Shown piece after piece: positions 1-10,498 of a DNA stretch of 64,000 nt. Numbering within the stretch: the stretch's first letter is position 1; each line of letters opens with the position of its first letter. Under the pieces are notes generated by a model that was given only the letters and a program-made list of their open reading frames with translations, was not told the DNA's origin and made no database searches. The position numbers and the translations under genes are program-made. The stretch is from Gammaproteobacteria bacterium (GTDB lineage Bacteria; Pseudomonadota; Gammaproteobacteria; Pseudomonadales; Pseudohongiellaceae): positions 21,561 to 85,560 of the forward strand of contig JAUSMU010000056.1 in the NCBI GenBank assembly GCA_030645995.1. Direction: 5' to 3'.

Positions 1-1342
1 CTTCGTTGGATCGCGTGACGAGACTTTCATCCCACTGTGGGATTTCATCGGGAGTGCTGGTGGTGGCGATTTTGCTGCGAATGTCATCACTCGCACTGAA
101 GGCCAGCACAAAGCATTCGAGCAAGGAGTTGCTCGCCATGCGATTTGCTCCGTGTAAACCTGTAAAGCTGGTCTCACCAATTGCATACAGGTTAGGCAGA
201 TCGGTCCGCCCCTGTTTGTTCACCATTACGCCCCCGCATGTGTAGTGCGCAGCCGGCACCACGGGTATGCGCTCCTTGGTGATATCGATGCCGTATTTGA
301 GGCAGCGAGAATATATTGTGGGGAAATGCTCTGTGATGAACTCTGCAGGTTTGTGTGTGATATTCAAATACACGCAATCGCACCCCAGTCGCTTCATTTC
401 GTGGTCAATCGCTCTTGCCACGATATCGCGCGGGGCCAATTCACCGCGAGAATCGAATTTATCCATGAAGCGAGTGCCGTCGGGCAATTCCAAGACGGCA
501 CCTTCTCCTCGCAGAGCCTCGGTTATCAGAAAAGACTTTGCATGTGGATGGTATAGACAGGTGGGATGGAATTGATTGAACTCCATATTGGCAACCCGGC
601 AGCCCGCTCTCCAGGCCATTGCGATTCCGTCTCCCGTCGCGCCATCTGGATTGGTTGTAAACAGGTAGGCTTTGCTGGCGCCGCCCGTAGCCAGGATGAC
701 AAATTTCGCTCGAAAGACATCAACAGCACCTGTTTGTGGGTTGAATATGTAGGCTCCAACACACTGCTCACCCTCAAGACCAAGCTTGTTGCGCGTGATG
801 AGGTCAATTGCCATTCGGTTTTCATACAAAGTGATATTGCTGTTGTTGGCGGCTCGCCAGGCCAGCGTTTCAAATACCGCCCGGCCCGTGGCATCTGTGG
901 CATGAATGATTCGACGATGACTGTGCCCCCCTTCCTGAGTCAGGTGCAGAGGGGCCAGGTTGTCAGGCTGCAGCGGTTCCCGGGCAGGACCATTTTTGGC
1001 CTCTTCAGGTGCAATGGTGGTGAAAGGTACCCCTTGCTCGACCAGCCAGCGCACACACTCGCCACTGTTCTCCACCACGTGACTCACCATATCCAGATGG
1101 CACAAGCCTGAGCCTGCATCAAGAGTGTCCGCGATATGAGCCTCGATGCTGTCCTCATCATCAAGGACTGCGGCTATCCCCCCTTGAGCATAGTAGGTTG
1201 CCCCCTGACTTAGCTGTCCTTTGCTGATAACGGCCACATTGGCAAAGTCGGCAGATTTCAATGCTAGTGTCAGTCCTGCAGCACCGCTGCCTATGATCAG
1301 TATGTCGTAGTCGTAAAAAGATGTGCTATTGTTCGCGCTCAT
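1..1342 (-). CDS. nadB: L-aspartate oxidase NadB; the C-terminal part lies beyond the left window edge
   Basis: The minus-strand frame is open from ATG (complement of 1340-1342) to position 1. It is absent from the ORF track because no stop lies in the window. My translation reads [28 protein letters not shown] (FAD GxGxxG) ... HPTCLYHP ... RGEGAVL ... [13 protein letters not shown], typical of NadB. It is divergent from rpoE as in E. coli and Pseudomonas. Confidence 0.9.
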   Translation of the reverse strand, partial: MSANNSTSFYDYDILIIGSGAAGLTLALKSADFANVAVISKGQLSQGATYYAQGGIAAVLDDEDSIEAHIADTLDAGSGLCHLDMVSHVVENSGECVRWLVEQGVPFTTIAPEEAKNGPAREPLQPDNLAPLHLTQEGGHSHRRIIHATDATGRAVFETLAWRAANNSNITLYENRMAIDLITRNKLGLEGEQCVGAYIFNPQTGAVDVFRAKFVILATGGASKAYLFTTNPDGATGDGIAMAWRAGCRVANMEFNQFHPTCLYHPHAKSFLITEALRGEGAVLELPDGTRFMDKFDSRGELAPRDIVARAIDHEMKRLGCDCVYLNITHKPAEFITEHFPTIYSRCLKYGIDITKERIPVVPAAHYTCGGVMVNKQGRTDLPNLYAIGETSFTGLHGANRMASNSLLECFVLAFSASDDIRSKIATTSTPDEIPQWDESLVTRSNE

Positions 1343-1586
1343 AGTGGCTATGGTTCTTTCACTGTAGTGGTGGAGAAGTTGCGGACTGCGTCGGGCAGAC
1401 ATTTGTCTAAAGGACTTATCTTACAGCGTGGCACACATTATGTGCCATCGCGACCGAATGCGTTGTTCTGACATCAGCACCTAATGCTGAAATGGCGAGT
1501 ATCTTGATTATCCCTCTGGTTCATCCTTTGACGAAGCAAAAATCCATTCCTATTGTTTGTCAGCCTCCGCTGTGGAGTGGTGATGC

Positions 1587-2156
1587 ATGAAGAATGATAC
1601 TGACCAACAGCTCGTGGATCGGGTATTGAACGGTGAGAAGGTTGCGTTCAATCTCCTGGTGCTTCGATATCAACATAAAGTCGCTGCGTTGATCGCTCGC
1701 TTTGTGAAAGACCCTCATGAAGTGGAAGATGTATCGCAGGAGGCTTTCATCAAGGCCTATCGCGCGCTGGATTTGTTTCGTGGCGAGAGCGCCTTCTACA
1801 CATGGCTCTACAGAATTGCGGTCAATACTGCCAAGAATTACCTGGTGTCCAAAGGGCGACGTCCCCCAAGCCTTGATGTCGACATGGACGACGCAGAATT
1901 GGCAGAAGATACACCTGCACTTCGTGACGTTGATACGCCAGACGCGAATCTTGAGAGAGAACACCTGCAGCGTGTCATTAACCAGGCCATAGAGGACTTG
2001 CCGGAAGATTTGCGTACCGCGTTCACCTTGCGGGAATTTTCGGGTTTAAGCTATGAAGATATTACGGAAATCATGGATTGTCCCGTCGGGACGGTCAGGT
2101 CGCGAATTTTCAGAGCGCGTGAGGCGATCGATAAAAAAATTAGAGAATTGTTGTAA
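1587..2156 (+). CDS. rpoE: ECF RNA polymerase sigma factor sigma-E (RpoE/AlgU)
   Basis: 189-aa ORF starting at ATG 1587. It has sigma-70 region 2 (EDVSQEAFIKAYRAL, YTWLYRIAVNTAKNYL) and a region 4 HTH (LSYEDITEIMDCPVGTVRSRIFRAREAI). It is followed by an RseA-like gene. Confidence 0.96.
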   Translation: MKNDTDQQLVDRVLNGEKVAFNLLVLRYQHKVAALIARFVKDPHEVEDVSQEAFIKAYRALDLFRGESAFYTWLYRIAVNTAKNYLVSKGRRPPSLDVDMDDAELAEDTPALRDVDTPDANLEREHLQRVINQAIEDLPEDLRTAFTLREFSGLSYEDITEIMDCPVGTVRSRIFRAREAIDKKIRELL

Positions 2157-2275
2157 ATAGCTATGGAACGAACCAGAAGGCCCGTGGTCAAAGGGTGAGA
2201 AATGGAAATCTGAACAGAGATCTTCTACCTGAAATTTCAACTGTGATGTGGGATTGAAGTCAACAGAGGTTATGC

Positions 2276-2896
2276 ATGAGCTTGGATCATAATCAAAGCA
2301 AGAGCTTCGATGAGTCTTTGTCGGCATTGATGGATAACGAGGCAGACGATCTTGAGCTGCGTAGATTGTTAAAAGAGTTGCCTGAGAGCCCCGCGCTGTT
2401 GCGAACCTGGGGGCGTTTTCATGAGGCGCAATCTTTGCTGCACAACGAAGAGATGCAGTCCTTGTCTTGCTCTGCTTGCAACAAAATTCTCGATGCCATC
2501 GCGGCTGAGCCTGCTTATTCCGGGAAGGCTGCCATGCCCTCCAGCGCGACCAGAAATTTGATCAGGTCACAGTGGCGGGAATCGGCAGGGCGCATGGCCA
2601 TTGCTGCCTCTGTGGCACTGGTGGCCTTCATTGGGCTGCAATCAGTTCTGTTGGATCCTGTTCCGCAACAATCTCTGGCTGATCAAAATGCCGATGCTGC
2701 ATCTGAATTGGTTGTCAGTAGTGATATAGCAAGGCTGGACCAGTCGAGTGGTTTTGATGCGCAGGCTCAACAGCGTCTGGACGACTATATCCGCAGTGTG
2801 TCCATTCAATATCGTGAAGAGGCGGCGGGTGTGCCGCAATTTAATATCCTCCAGGATTCTCAGCTGATTCGGCAGGTTAATCAGATCGGAAATTAG
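2276..2896 (+). CDS. rseA: anti-sigma-E factor RseA/MucA
   Basis: 206-aa ORF. It has an N-terminal RseA-type motif (ESLSALMDNEADDLELRRLL) and a single central hydrophobic span (MAIAASVALVAFIGLQSVLL). It lies directly downstream of rpoE. Confidence 0.82.
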   Translation: MSLDHNQSKSFDESLSALMDNEADDLELRRLLKELPESPALLRTWGRFHEAQSLLHNEEMQSLSCSACNKILDAIAAEPAYSGKAAMPSSATRNLIRSQWRESAGRMAIAASVALVAFIGLQSVLLDPVPQQSLADQNADAASELVVSSDIARLDQSSGFDAQAQQRLDDYIRSVSIQYREEAAGVPQFNILQDSQLIRQVNQIGN

Positions 2897-3113
2897 ACCT
2901 CTTGTACGAAATGACAGGCTTGCCACCTGTTGTTTCGCAACTTGTCATCTCTCCCTCTAACTCTTCCTGAAAGGGCCGGAATTTCCGATTCTGGTTCTTT
3001 ATCATTCAGACAAAGCTTGCTCGATGCGATTGTGCGCTGTACTTTACCCCGGCGCACAGCGAGTTGTGCGGGCTGCTCAAGATATTGTTGTTCTGAGATC
3101 TGAAGGTGAAGAA

Positions 3114-4529
3114 ATGAAGAATCTGCGACGAAGTTCGACATTTACAGGAGTTTCACTGCTGCTCCTCTCGTTGATAGCATGTCTTGCTGCGACCGCAGCA
3201 GCAGCGGCATCTCTCCCGGATTTTGCCGACCTGGTCGAAAAGAATGCCCCAACTATCGTCAACATTGCGACTATTCAACGTCCGGAATCCGTGGACGGTG
3301 GTCGTGACAGGGATATTGAAGAGCTCCTGCGTCGATTGAGCCCCGATGGCGATGCCCTCCCGGAATTGGAAGAGACCCCCAGTCGCCCGCGCGGTGGCGT
3401 CGGCTCGGGTTTCATTATTTCTGAAGATGGCTATCTCATTACCAATCATCATGTTGTCCTTGATGCCGATGAAATTACAGTGACTTTGAATGATCGCCGG
3501 GTTTTCCAGGCCGAGGTGATTGGCACTGACGAGTTGTCTGACATGGCTCTTCTCAAAATCGAAGCCACTGGCCTTCCTGCCGTCAGCTTCGGAGATTCGG
3601 AGCAGGTCAGGGTGGGAGAGTGGGTGTTGGCGATTGGCTCCCCATTTGGGTTGGAGTTCTCGGCGACGGCCGGAATTGTCAGTGCCAAAGGGCGAACTGT
3701 GCCAGGCAATCAGACCAGTTATGTCTCCTTCATACAGACTGATGTGGCAATCAATCAGGGAAACTCTGGCGGCCCGCTCTTCAATCTGAACGGCGAGGTG
3801 ATAGGCATTAACTCGCAGATACTGAGCAGTTCCGGAGGCTCCAACGGTGTCTCTTTCGCCATTCCCAGCAATGTCGCCCTCAATGTGGTTGAACAACTGC
3901 GTGAAAGCGGTACGGTAAGCAGGGGCCTTCTTGGTGTCTTGATCAAGGACGTGGATTACGCGCTTGCCGAGGCTTTCCAAATGCCGCGTCCAAGAGGCGC
4001 GTTTGTTGACGAGGTGCAGCCAGGGAGTCCTGCCGAAGAAGCGGGGGTTCTGAACAACGACATCATCATAGCCTTCAATGACAGTGAGATAGAGGCCTCT
4101 TCGATGTTGCCATTCTATGTCGGTCAGGTGCGTCCTGGAATTACCGCGCGATTGACCATCATGCGCGACGGAGAAATCATCATGTTGCCCGTAGTCGTCG
4201 GCAGTTTGCCGGGGGCAGGCGCGACTGCCTCCAGAGAGCCAGAGGAAGAACCAAGCACGAACAGTCTGGGGATTTCTGTCAGTGAACTCGGTCGAGAGGC
4301 ACAAGAAGTCTCCGGAATATCTGGAGTGCGAGTGGAGGAGCTGCTTGAAGGCCCGGCGGCTGACGCGGGGTTGATGGTTGGGGATGTGATTGTTGAACTT
4401 AACCGGGAAGCAGTGCCGAATATGAGCGAATTCGCCCGCGTGGCTGATGCACTGCCTGGCTCCGGGTTTATCCCTGTCCGTATTGTTCGAGAAGGTCGTG
4501 GCACTACCTTGGTGCTGCAGCTCGAATAG
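3114..4529 (+). CDS. degP: periplasmic serine endoprotease, DegP/MucD (HtrA) family
   Basis: I moved the start to ATG 3114 (track start 3024). It is preceded by GAAGGTGAAG and encodes MKNLRRSS plus a hydrophobic signal peptide. Catalytic-triad contexts are TNHHVV, DMALLKI and GNSGGPLFN, followed by two PDZ-like C-terminal segments. Confidence 0.93.
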   Translation: MKNLRRSSTFTGVSLLLLSLIACLAATAAAAASLPDFADLVEKNAPTIVNIATIQRPESVDGGRDRDIEELLRRLSPDGDALPELEETPSRPRGGVGSGFIISEDGYLITNHHVVLDADEITVTLNDRRVFQAEVIGTDELSDMALLKIEATGLPAVSFGDSEQVRVGEWVLAIGSPFGLEFSATAGIVSAKGRTVPGNQTSYVSFIQTDVAINQGNSGGPLFNLNGEVIGINSQILSSSGGSNGVSFAIPSNVALNVVEQLRESGTVSRGLLGVLIKDVDYALAEAFQMPRPRGAFVDEVQPGSPAEEAGVLNNDIIIAFNDSEIEASSMLPFYVGQVRPGITARLTIMRDGEIIMLPVVVGSLPGAGATASREPEEEPSTNSLGISVSELGREAQEVSGISGVRVEELLEGPAADAGLMVGDVIVELNREAVPNMSEFARVADALPGSGFIPVRIVREGRGTTLVLQLE

Positions 4530-4547
4530 TCCACTGCAGGTCGTTGC

Positions 4548-4610
4548 CCCGGCGCATCCCCCGGGTTCGGATTTTGCGCCGGGAAAACACGGAGTACAGT
4601 AGTGTTTTCC
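4548..4610 (+). terminator. two adjacent stem-loops downstream of degP (putative terminator region)
   Basis: CCCGGCGCA (4548-4556) pairs with TGCGCCGGG (4575-4583). GGAAAACAC (4582-4590) pairs with GTGTTTTCC (4602-4610). No clear T-run follows, so termination is uncertain. Confidence 0.35.
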
Positions 4611-4788
4611 AGGTGCTTTACCGCAGAGCCCGCCCTAAAATTCCACTGACAGTCCTGACCTAATACTGTAGACTTGCGCCCTGATTTTCAGCTCAAGTCC
4701 GGTAATCTGGTGCCTTGCGAGGCGCTTTTTGCAGTTTTCTCCAAAAAATCAGCCCCCATTAATTTTGTCCAAGTTGTGATCCTATCAA

Positions 4789-6591
4789 GTGAGTGATTTA
4801 AGCAGTATTCGCAATTTTTCGATAATTGCACACATCGACCACGGCAAATCCACGCTCGCGGATCGCTTCATTCAGACCTGCGGAGGGCTGGAAGAGCGCG
4901 AGATGAATGAGCAGGTGCTCGACTCGCTGGATATCGAGCGTGAGCGGGGCATCACCATCAAGGCGCAAAGCGTCACTCTCTACTACACCAGCATCAAAGA
5001 CGGGCGCAAATATCAGCTGAATTTCATTGATACGCCTGGCCACGTTGACTTCACCTACGAGGTATCACGATCACTGGCAGCTTGCGAAGGAGCTCTATTG
5101 GTTGTGGATGCCGGTCAGGGGGTAGAGGCTCAGTCCGTAGCCACTTGTTACACGGCGATAGAGCAGGGGCTGGAAGTTATTCCTGTGCTCAACAAAATGG
5201 ATCTTCCTCAGGCAGAGCCAGAAAAGGTGCGTCAGGAGATCGAGGAGATTATCGGCATTGATGCGTCTGCAGCCGTGTGTGCCAGCGCAAAAACCGGTAT
5301 GGGCATTGTCGATATCCTTGAAGAACTGATTCGTCTGGTTCCGCCCCCCGTAGGAGATGTCGACGCGCCTCTGCAGGCACTGATCATTGACTCTTGGTTT
5401 GATAATTACCTGGGCGTGGTTTCTCTGGTGCGTGTGAAGCATGGCACGCTCAGAAAGGGCGACAAGATTATAGCCAAGTCGATCGGGAAGGCCCATCTGG
5501 TCGATGGCGTCGGTGTATTCACCCCCAAGCGTCTGGAGACCGATGTACTGAGGGCCGGCGAAGTAGGCTTCGTGGTGGCTGGCATCAAGGAAATCAAAGG
5601 CGCTCCAGTAGGTGACACGCTGACTCACGCATCCACGCCGAATGTAGATGCCCTGGAAGGATTCAAGAAGATCCAACCACAGGTCTATGCCGGTTTGTTT
5701 CCAGTGTCCTCCGACGATTTCGAGAATTTCCGTGACGCGCTCGAAAAACTCACGCTGAACGATGCTTCGCTGTATTACGAGCCTGAGAGTTCCGACGCTT
5801 TGGGCTTTGGTTTTCGCTGTGGCTTTCTCGGCATGCTGCACATGGAGATTGTCCAGGAGCGGCTGGAGAGGGAATACGATCTATCTCTGATTACCACTGC
5901 ACCAACGGTGGTGTATGAGGTGCTTCTGACCAATGGCAAGACCGTGCGTGTGGACAGCCCGTCGGCATTGCCTGCAGTCACTTCTATCGACGAGATGCGT
6001 GAGCCGATTGTGCTTGCCAGCATCCTGGTCCCTCACGAATACCTCGGCAATATCATCAATCTGTGCATCAGTCGCCGTGGTGTGCAGCGTGATATGCAGT
6101 TCATCGGCAGACAGGTGTCATTGCGATACGAGCTGCCTATGAATGAGGTGGTGCTGGATTTCTTCGACAAACTGAAGTCTGCCAGCCGTGGTTATGCGTC
6201 TCTGGATTACCACTTCATTCGCTTCGAGCCCGCAAACTTGGTGAGGCTGGAAGTTCTGATTAACGGTGACCGTGTAGATGCGTTGGCATTGATCGTACAC
6301 CGTGACCAGGCGCACCATAAGGGGCGTTTGCTGGTAGAGAAAATGAAGGAACTGATTCCGCGGCAAATGTATGATGTTGCTATTCAGGCTGCTATTGGTG
6401 GACAGATCATTGCCAGGCAGACCGTCAAGGCATTGCGCAAGAACGTGACGGCCAAATGCTATGGTGGTGACGTAAGTCGCAAGAAAAAACTGCTGGAGAA
6501 GCAGAAGGCTGGCAAGAAGCGAATGAAGCAAGTGGGCAACGTTGAAGTTCCCCAGGAAGCCTTCCTCGCGGTACTCAAGGTTGACAGTTGA
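4789..6591 (+). CDS. lepA: translation elongation factor 4 (LepA)
   Basis: 600-aa ORF with a GTG start. GTPase motifs are [14 protein letters not shown] and NKMD, and the LepA C-terminal domain is present. It sits immediately upstream of lepB. Confidence 0.97.
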   Translation: MSDLSSIRNFSIIAHIDHGKSTLADRFIQTCGGLEEREMNEQVLDSLDIERERGITIKAQSVTLYYTSIKDGRKYQLNFIDTPGHVDFTYEVSRSLAACEGALLVVDAGQGVEAQSVATCYTAIEQGLEVIPVLNKMDLPQAEPEKVRQEIEEIIGIDASAAVCASAKTGMGIVDILEELIRLVPPPVGDVDAPLQALIIDSWFDNYLGVVSLVRVKHGTLRKGDKIIAKSIGKAHLVDGVGVFTPKRLETDVLRAGEVGFVVAGIKEIKGAPVGDTLTHASTPNVDALEGFKKIQPQVYAGLFPVSSDDFENFRDALEKLTLNDASLYYEPESSDALGFGFRCGFLGMLHMEIVQERLEREYDLSLITTAPTVVYEVLLTNGKTVRVDSPSALPAVTSIDEMREPIVLASILVPHEYLGNIINLCISRRGVQRDMQFIGRQVSLRYELPMNEVVLDFFDKLKSASRGYASLDYHFIRFEPANLVRLEVLINGDRVDALALIVHRDQAHHKGRLLVEKMKELIPRQMYDVAIQAAIGGQIIARQTVKALRKNVTAKCYGGDVSRKKKLLEKQKAGKKRMKQVGNVEVPQEAFLAVLKVDS

Positions 6592-7427
6592 TGGATATTG
6601 ATTTTTCGTTGGTATTGCTGATTCTGGTGGTGATCTCGGGGTGCATTGCTCTCTATGATCGACTCGTGCTGGCCGCTCCACGCAAGGCGTCTGCGGATCG
6701 CTTGCGCAAGGCGCAAACCGTTGAAAGCGATGCTATCAGGCAGGCGATTGCGGTGGCTGAGCAGGAGCCTGTCCTTGTCGAATATGCAAAGTCGTTCTTC
6801 CCGGTTCTGCTCATTGTTCTGGTCTTGCGCTCCTTCCTGGTAGAGCCATTTCAAATCCCTTCAGGTTCGATGATTCCAACGCTGGAAGTAGGCGATTTCA
6901 TTCTGGTCAATAAATACACCTATGGTCTGCGTCTGCCAGTTGTGGGCACCAAGATTGTTGAAATGAATGAACCGAAGCGTGGCGAAGTCATGGTATTCAT
7001 TCCTCCACACGACAAGCGGTACTTCATCAAGCGGATTGTGGGTCTGCCAGGGGATACCATACGCTACGAAGACAAAGTCTTGAGCGTGAATGGCGAGCAG
7101 ATCATGTCGGAAGTGATCGACAGTGTGCAGATCGAAATGCCCAATGGCATGGAGCAGTCAGGTGTCCTATTGAACGAGACCCTTGGTGAGGTTCAACATC
7201 ATACGCAGATTGTCAGCACTCCCGCGCGAGCTGGGGGCAGAAATGTCTGGGTGGTGCCTGAGGGGCATTACTTCATGATGGGGGATAATCGGGATAACAG
7301 TGCTGATAGTCGCGTCTGGGGGCCTGTACCAGAACAGAATATAGTAGGCAGGGCTTTCGCGGTCTGGATGCACAAGGAGCCGGGCTGGGGTCTGCCGACT
7401 TTTGGCCGTAATGGTCTGATTCGCTGA
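6591..7427 (+). CDS. lepB: signal peptidase I
   Basis: It carries SGSMIPTL (catalytic Ser box) and GDNRDNSADSR (box E), with N-terminal TM segments. ATG 6591 overlaps the lepA TGA (TGATG). The track start 6588 is a TTG one codon upstream. Confidence 0.95.
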   Translation: MDIDFSLVLLILVVISGCIALYDRLVLAAPRKASADRLRKAQTVESDAIRQAIAVAEQEPVLVEYAKSFFPVLLIVLVLRSFLVEPFQIPSGSMIPTLEVGDFILVNKYTYGLRLPVVGTKIVEMNEPKRGEVMVFIPPHDKRYFIKRIVGLPGDTIRYEDKVLSVNGEQIMSEVIDSVQIEMPNGMEQSGVLLNETLGEVQHHTQIVSTPARAGGRNVWVVPEGHYFMMGDNRDNSADSRVWGPVPEQNIVGRAFAVWMHKEPGWGLPTFGRNGLIR

Positions 7428-7534
7428 AACGCCGACTGCTTCGCGGTAACTGACTGGGACAACACTAGAATACCCACTGGGCGATAAGAAAGCTGGTCCT
7501 GATCGCCTAATTTCCTTAGACAAAAGGTGGTGCT

Positions 7535-7942
7535 ATGAGCGGTGTTAATAACAGTGGAGTTGTCGGTACTATGAAGAATCTATCCATGCCTGCTGCTCAG
7601 CAGGGTTTTTCCAAGTTTGGTCTGCTGATGACGTTGATCGTTCTGGTCTGCGTCCTGACCTTCGGACTGAAAGTCCTGCCGGTCTATATCGACCATAATT
7701 TCGTGAAGGGTGTTGCCGAGGATATGGTCGAGAGCGGGCGTGCATCGAGCATGACGCAGGCCGAGGTGCGTGAAGAGGTGGGGCGTGGTCTCGCCATCAA
7801 CAACGTTCGGGGATTCGACATCAACAACATCACCACGTCCATCAATGGTGGCGATTCGGTGATATCCATCAAATATGAGCGACGCATACCGTTGTTCTCC
7901 AATGTGGACATCGTGGTCTCGTTCGATGACCGCGTAGAATAA
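7535..7942 (+). CDS. small membrane protein, DUF4845-like
   Basis: 135-aa ORF starting at ATG 7535 with an AAGGTGG SD. It has one N-terminal TM (FGLLMTLIVLVCVLTFGL). The conserved lepB-rnc position is where DUF4845 proteins sit in Pseudomonas-type genomes. The family call is from memory and was not searched. Confidence 0.7.
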   Translation: MSGVNNSGVVGTMKNLSMPAAQQGFSKFGLLMTLIVLVCVLTFGLKVLPVYIDHNFVKGVAEDMVESGRASSMTQAEVREEVGRGLAINNVRGFDINNITTSINGGDSVISIKYERRIPLFSNVDIVVSFDDRVE

Positions 7943-8617
7943 ATGATCGCCAGTGTCCGTCAGCTTGAGAAGAATTTTTCGCATCGGTTTGCAGATCGCT
8001 CGCTGGCCGAGTTGGCGCTGACCCATCGTAGCGCTGGCCGCATCAACAATGAGCGACTGGAATTTCTCGGTGATGCAATTCTGGGATTTCTCATTGCGGA
8101 CGAGTTATTACGACGTTTTCCTGATTCACCTGAGGGGGCATTGAGTCGCAAGAGATCACTGCTCGTGAATCAGCAGACATTGGCCGATTTGGCGATCAGG
8201 CTGCAATTGGGAGAGATTCTGGTGCTTGGGCCAGGAGAACTCAAGAGTGGAGGCAAGAAGCGCGAGTCGATCCTTGCCGACGCCGTTGAAGCAGTGATTG
8301 GTGCTATCTATCTTGATGGTGGATTAGAAGTTTGCAGAACGGTCGTCTTGAGTTTGTATAATGATCTGCTTGATAACGACCTATCTGAGGTAACTGCGAA
8401 GGATTCGAAGACCCGGTTACAGGAATTGTTGCAAGCCAGGTGTATGCCTTTGCCTGTCTACAAGGTCGTATCGATCGACGGTGAGGAACACGAGCAGAAC
8501 TTCCTGGTGTCCTGTCAGATCGGTCTACTGAGCGAATTAACGCTCGGCAGGGGTGCCAATCGTCGCTTGGCCGAGCAGCAGGCTGCGAGCAAGGCGCTGG
8601 AGGCGCTGGGGTTATAG
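7943..8617 (+). CDS. rnc: ribonuclease III
   Basis: The RNase III signature ERLEFLGDAILG and a C-terminal dsRNA-binding domain are present. There is a TAAATG junction with the upstream gene. Confidence 0.96.
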   Translation: MIASVRQLEKNFSHRFADRSLAELALTHRSAGRINNERLEFLGDAILGFLIADELLRRFPDSPEGALSRKRSLLVNQQTLADLAIRLQLGEILVLGPGELKSGGKKRESILADAVEAVIGAIYLDGGLEVCRTVVLSLYNDLLDNDLSEVTAKDSKTRLQELLQARCMPLPVYKVVSIDGEEHEQNFLVSCQIGLLSELTLGRGANRRLAEQQAASKALEALGL

Positions 8618-8701
8618 TTTGTTATAGTGTGAATTGAGCAAGTTTTTGGAATGGGAGAGCGAAAACGCTGTCTGTGAAATACAATCTTCGTGAAGAGTAA
8701 T

Positions 8702-9616
8702 ATGCCAGAAGAAAAGAGTGTCGAAACGGAACAGCATTGCGGCTTCATCGCCATCGTCGGGAGACCGAACGTGGGGAAGTCTACATTGCTCAATCATCTG
8801 CTTGAGCAAAAAATCAGTATTACCTCGCGCAAACCTCAGACCACAAGGCATCGTATCGTCGGTATCAAGACGGTAGGTCAGAATCAATTCGTGTATGTTG
8901 ATACCCCGGGTATTCACAAGGTTCAGAGGAAAGCCATCAATCGCGTGATGAACAACACCGCTACCAGCGCACTCGCCGACGTAGATGTCGTGCTGTTTGT
9001 AACGGAACGGCTCATCTTCAATGAAGAAGATGAAATGGTTCTGGAGGCTCTGAGCAAGGTCAAAGTGCCAGTCCTCTTGCTTATTAATAAATGTGATCAA
9101 TTGGAATCGCGCGAGCGTTTGCTACCACACATAGAGCGCTTGTCGAAACGGCGGGATTTTGCGGAGATCATTCCGCTGTCCGTTCTGGGCGGACATAATC
9201 TTGATACAGTAGAGAGCTGCGTCTTGAAGTTTCTTCCGCAAGGCCCGTTCCTGTTTCCCGAGGATCAAGTCACGGATCGCAGTTCGCGATTTATGGCGGC
9301 GGAGATCATCCGCGAAAAGATTACTCGTCAGCTCGGTGATGAGCTTCCGTATGAAGTCACTGTTGAAATCGAAAAGTACACTATTCAGGGTGGCGTCGTG
9401 CACATCCATGGTTTGATTCTGGTCGACAAGGAGAGCCAAAAGCAAATCATCATTGGCAAGAACGGTGATCGTCTCAAGTTGATTGGCAGTGCCGCGAGAT
9501 TGGACATGGAGAAGGCCTTCGAGTCAAAGGTCATGCTCAATCTTTGGGTGAAGGTGAAGAGTGGCTGGGCAGATGATGAACGAGCGCTGCAAAGCCTTGG
9601 TTACCATCAGGACTGA
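8702..9616 (+). CDS. era: GTPase Era
   Basis: G1 is [10 protein letters not shown]3 is DTPG and G4 is NKCD. The KH-domain C-terminus reads [21 protein letters not shown] prefer ATG 8702; the track start is GTG 8690. Confidence 0.96.
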   Translation: MPEEKSVETEQHCGFIAIVGRPNVGKSTLLNHLLEQKISITSRKPQTTRHRIVGIKTVGQNQFVYVDTPGIHKVQRKAINRVMNNTATSALADVDVVLFVTERLIFNEEDEMVLEALSKVKVPVLLLINKCDQLESRERLLPHIERLSKRRDFAEIIPLSVLGGHNLDTVESCVLKFLPQGPFLFPEDQVTDRSSRFMAAEIIREKITRQLGDELPYEVTVEIEKYTIQGGVVHIHGLILVDKESQKQIIIGKNGDRLKLIGSAARLDMEKAFESKVMLNLWVKVKSGWADDERALQSLGYHQD

Positions 9617-9648
9617 GTCCTAATTAGAGTGACTCCGACACAGAGGTA

Positions 9649-10380
9649 ATGGTCATGGCAGTTCGGATCAATCTGCAACCTGCCTACGTCCTGCATACAC
9701 AACCCTATCAGAACACCAGTCTGCTGGTGGATTTCTTCAGCATTGATCATGGACGCATGCGCGCCGTCGCAAAGGGCGCACGTCGTCCAACTTCCCGTAT
9801 CCGCTCTTTTTTACAGCCTTTCCAACCCCTCCTGATCAGCCTTGTCGGCAGGTCTGAATTGAAGACATTGAGCGGCGTTGAGGGGAGTGTGAACGCCTTC
9901 AATCTGCAGGGCACCAGGCTTTTCAGCGGACTGTATCTAAACGAACTTCTAGTCAGGCTGCTACAGGGGCATGAGAGTCATTCCGCCCTCTATGACGCTT
10001 ACCAGCAGGCGATGATTGCGCTGCACGGCGAGCGCGACTTGAATGCCATTCTGCGTCGGTTTGAGCTGAGTCTTCTGGATGAGCTTGGTTACGGCATCAA
10101 TCTGGAGACCGATAGCAGCACTGGTTTGCCAATTGACACCAATGCTCACTATCTCTTTGATCCTACTGTGGGGTTTGAGCGCGTTGCTGATGCGGTGCTG
10201 CGCGCACAAAATATGTGTGTCTTCTCAGGCCGGGAGATACTGGCTCTTAAAGACCTTGAATTGGCCGATAAGACATTGAGCAATGCGACGCGGCGATTGA
10301 CACGGATTGCGCTGCAATCGCATCTGGGTGAGGCGCCATTGATGAGCCGCGAGCTATTCCTGCGTCAACCCTCGTCGTGA
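9649..10380 (+). CDS. recO: DNA repair protein RecO
   Basis: 243-aa ORF. The N-terminal OB-fold region (AYVLHTQPYQNTSLLVDFFSIDHGRMRAVAKGARR) aligns with E. coli RecO from memory. The rnc-era-recO order is conserved. Confidence 0.9.
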   Translation: MVMAVRINLQPAYVLHTQPYQNTSLLVDFFSIDHGRMRAVAKGARRPTSRIRSFLQPFQPLLISLVGRSELKTLSGVEGSVNAFNLQGTRLFSGLYLNELLVRLLQGHESHSALYDAYQQAMIALHGERDLNAILRRFELSLLDELGYGINLETDSSTGLPIDTNAHYLFDPTVGFERVADAVLRAQNMCVFSGREILALKDLELADKTLSNATRRLTRIALQSHLGEAPLMSRELFLRQPSS

Positions 10381-10498
10381 ATTGTCAGGCAGAATTCAGA
10401 CATGTCCTGGCCCGGGCCCTGTGCGGGGCTGGTTGGATTGCTTTCAGGCGCTGGCAATACAGGGTAAAATCGCGAAAAACCTTGTTACGGTAGCGCAC

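Noticed and set aside
1429-1447. Reading TGGCAC at 1429 as a sigma-54 (-24/-12) promoter
   Set aside because: The -12 GC would have to lie 10 nt after the GG. Here the spacing gives GT at that position and GC only two nt further, with no TTGC. The perfect dyad symmetry argues for an operator instead.
1467-3096. Sigma-E/AlgU-type promoters (GAACTT-N16/17-TCTGA) upstream of rpoE and degP
   Set aside because: TCTGA pentamers exist at 1467-1471 and 3092-3096. However, the sequences 16-17 nt upstream (TGCCAT / GGGCTG region) do not resemble GAACTT, so no call was made.
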